A stretch of DNA of 63,480 bases, the filler included, from Choristocarpus tenellus KU-1152 (Eukaryota > Protista > Phaeophyceae), in assembly GCA_964200185.2 (NCBI GenBank). It is 8 parts of 8 records of this genome, joined end to end, with 100 filler letters (N's around TTAATTAATTAA, not from the genome) between each part and the next. Parts side by side here need not be neighbours in the genome. Positions count along the whole stretch, not along the records: positions 60,721 to 63,480 come from CAXNAD020024983.1; 7 more parts are not named here. The stretch is one strand, 5' to 3'. A program made the position numbers and the translations under genes. Shown here piece by piece: positions 60,721 to 63,480 of this stretch. A model generated the notes under the pieces. That model had not been told where the DNA came from. It saw only the letters and a list, made by a program, of their open reading frames with translations, and searched no databases. Every line of letters begins with the position of its first letter. Positions within the stretch are counted from its first letter, which is position 1.

Positions 60721-63480
60721 GAAGGAGTTTCGGGTATTACTCCAGTACCAAGAGTGATCAGACGACATTATCTGCATTGGAGAGATTCTTGATCGATGCA
60801 GCCAAGCCAGCTGAGATAGAGATCAAACCTGTGTGGATGGACTGTGGGACGGTATTTACTGGAACTGGCTTTGAGTCAATATAGGAAAGGTACGGTGTTC
60901 CACACAAGCACACTGTGCCTGTAGCACCACAGAACAATGGGGAGGTGAAAAAGAGAATTCCTTTCGTGTGGGAAAAGTCACTTGTACTGCGATATGGTGC
61001 CAGATTGGAAAATTATGGGACCTTGTGGGCAGAGGCCATGTCGCACACCAACGATCTTAACAACATGACACCCACATCTGCTAACACTGACTGGGTAACT
61101 CCATGGGAACTATGGCATGGACGTACTGCTGATGCGAAACATATTCCAATTTGGGGTAGCCGTGGATACACTCGTATAGACAATAAACCCACAAAGCCTT
61201 CCCTACGCGCTCAAGCCTGCTTTATGATGGGTGTTGCACCACTTAACCAGTACCCTTCCCATACTTACCAGATTCTGCTGCAGCGTTCAGGGCGACTCGT
61301 GATGCAAAAGGATATTAGTTCGGAGTCCGTGTGGGACAATAACCTGCATGATGACACCCGGCATCAATCCTGAAGGTTACCACTGCGGAGGGGGAAAGGA
61401 TTTCTTCCAGGGACCACGAGTGGAGAAAAGACACCTGGAGATTCTGGTGATTAAGAAACTGGATTTCTTTTGGAGGGTACGGTTGAAGGCATTAATGTGG
61501 GGGAGCAAATTGGGTAAAGAAATGCTGAAGAATAGCAGTTGGGTCGGGTCATACTGTACAATTGGGGTTTGGGACAGGGTTGCGTCACCTCAACAGCAGG
61601 GGAGTGGGAGGCTTGGGTCAGGAGAGAAGTCACAACCCTCTGAACCCAGGATGCTATTTCCGCTCCGGGAGAATAGAGTGGGGCCATCACAAACTCCTCT
61701 GGCACGTAAGACAACTACTAGACCAACAGCCTTTGTGGTCAGGCACAAGGTGAAGGAGATGATTGACGATGAATAGTGACTGGGCTGGCCACGGGATACT
61801 CCGGCGAGTGAGTAACCTTTATTACCTCTCACTGCGAAGGAAGCGCTTCAGTCTTGAGAGTCCATGGAGTGGCTTGAGGCTATCTATGCTGAGATTGATG
61901 GATTAATTGCTCATGGCACATGCATTCATGTTCCTGGGTCAATTGAGGCAAATGTCTGGAAAACGAAATTCATTTTATCCAGTAAGGTGAATGCAGTGGG
62001 ATTGGTCGAGCGCTGGAAAGCAAGACTGGTGGTACAAGGATATCAACAAATCCTTGGAATTGATTGGCATGAAAAATTCGTACCCACAGCACAAAAGTCA
62101 AGCCTGCGGATGATCCTGGAATGGACATCATGGTTGGGATGGGACCTAGGTATGGCAGATGGAGTGAGGGCTCTCACCAATGCAGAACCGGAGGTAGAAT
62201 TGTATGTGGAGTTGCCAGAGGGGGTGGTGGCTAAATTCAATGGCACCTTTGGGAAGCTACATAAATCACTGTATGGGATTGTACAAGCATCACGTAATAC
62301 GAATGCTTTACTTGGGGCGTCATTGCTCGAGGTGGGAATGGAACAATGTTAGTCTGATCTTTGCTTGTTTAGGTGGATGATAGATGGGGAACTGGTATTG
62401 ATTATGCTTATTCATGTCGATATATGCTTTTGGCCAGCTGAAGATCTAAGCATACCTTGGACATACTTCAGAAACTGAACAAAAATTTCCCAGTGTAGTA
62501 CCTTGGGAAAAAGGGACAGTTTATGGGATGTGGCATAAACAGGGATTGTGGACTAGGGACAGTTTCCATAGACCAGTAGGCATATGTTGAAAACTTGGCA
62601 AAATGTGGGATCATGACTGACTGTGACCTTCCATTAAAACCAGACCCGATGTATCATTTGCTGCAAGGAGCCTAGCGATGAAGTGTGTAAATCCCACAGT
62701 GACGGATTGGAAGGGGACTGAAAGAGTTATTGCCTATTTGTTGAGGACAAGTAAGAGAGGATTGACCTATGGTGATTTCGGTTTTTACGGGAGTGCACCT
62801 AGGGACCAATTCTTTGGCAATGCTGATGCTGACTACGCCAATTTGGTTATTGCAACTTTTTTGCGTCTGGTGGTGTGGTAATGCTTGGGGGTGCATGTGT
62901 GAGCTGGTGGTCAAAAATGCAGAAACTGTTGCTATATCTACCACTGAGGCTGAGTATGTGTCGTTGTGTGATTTGGCCAAGAATATGTTTTAGCAGCAAG
63001 TCCAATATTATTGGAGCCAACTATTGACAAGGATTGTGTACGATTGTTTGAAGACAATAGTGGGGCAATCAAGTTGGCTGAGAAGATGGCTTCAGGGGGT
63101 AGGACAAAACATACAGATGTTAGATATCATTATGTTAGAAACTTGGTGGAGGAGGGGAAGGCACAGATTGTGCATGTAAACTCAGGTGAACAACATGGAG
63201 ATTTGTTCACGAAGGCTCTAAGTGGTAATATGTTTGAGTTTCACACTAGAACTATCATGCACTGTGAGGAAAGGTTAGTGTGCAGATTGAGTTCATTGGA
63301 TTCATGATGTATGGACAGAGCAGGGGAGTGCGTCAAGATTTTTCCTTGTCCATGTGTGGGAGTAAATATCGAAGTGTGCAGATTCTATTGATTTGAAGTT
63401 AGGATTTATTGTTGGACTGATTTGATTCTAACTGCATAGTCAGAGCAGGGGAGTGTGTCAAGATTGTGCTTGACCATTTG
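60721..63480 (+). mobile_element. Decayed Ty1/copia LTR retrotransposon (integrase, RT, RNase H, PPT, start of 3' LTR)
   Basis: Integrase remnants (APQNNG, LWAEAM, TPWELWHG); RT (WKARLVVQGYQQILGIDW, LHKSLYG); RNase H (VAISTTEAEY, FEDNSGAI, RTKHTDVRYHYVR, DLFTKAL). Order is IN-RT-RH with many stops and frameshifts; purine tract 63317-63328 followed by TG. Confidence 0.95.

Overview
This is eukaryotic, intron-rich, repeat-rich DNA, most likely from a brown alga or related stramenopile (a complex-plastid targeting peptide and 72-nt one-LRR-per-exon genes point that way). It consists of eight contigs joined by 100-nt N/TTAATTAATTAA spacers. The main result is invisible in the ORF track: a spliced + strand gene (30297-48047, 5' end missing at a gap). 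Seven symmetric 72-nt phase-1 exons, each encoding one 24-aa leucine-rich repeat with hypervariable surface positions and each sitting in a homologous intron cassette, splice in frame onto one large exon encoding an XK-related (Xkr/CED-8 scramblase-family) multi-pass membrane domain with an acidic tail. This LRR-XK architecture is a candidate diversifying sensor coupled to a membrane effector. I do not know of it having been described, but I could not search. Other content: the first two exons of a thylakoid-lumen FKBP-like gene; a beta-propeller/PTPH-repeat gene fragment; two orphan multi-exon gene fragments; a ~550-nt fold-back made from a PHD-finger pseudogene; two related MITE families (one nested copy shows a 4-bp TSD); tail-to-tail 3' ends of an RLE-type (CRE-like) non-LTR element; and a decayed Ty1/copia element. 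Most ORFs in the supplied track are spurious. All alignments and counts were done by eye.
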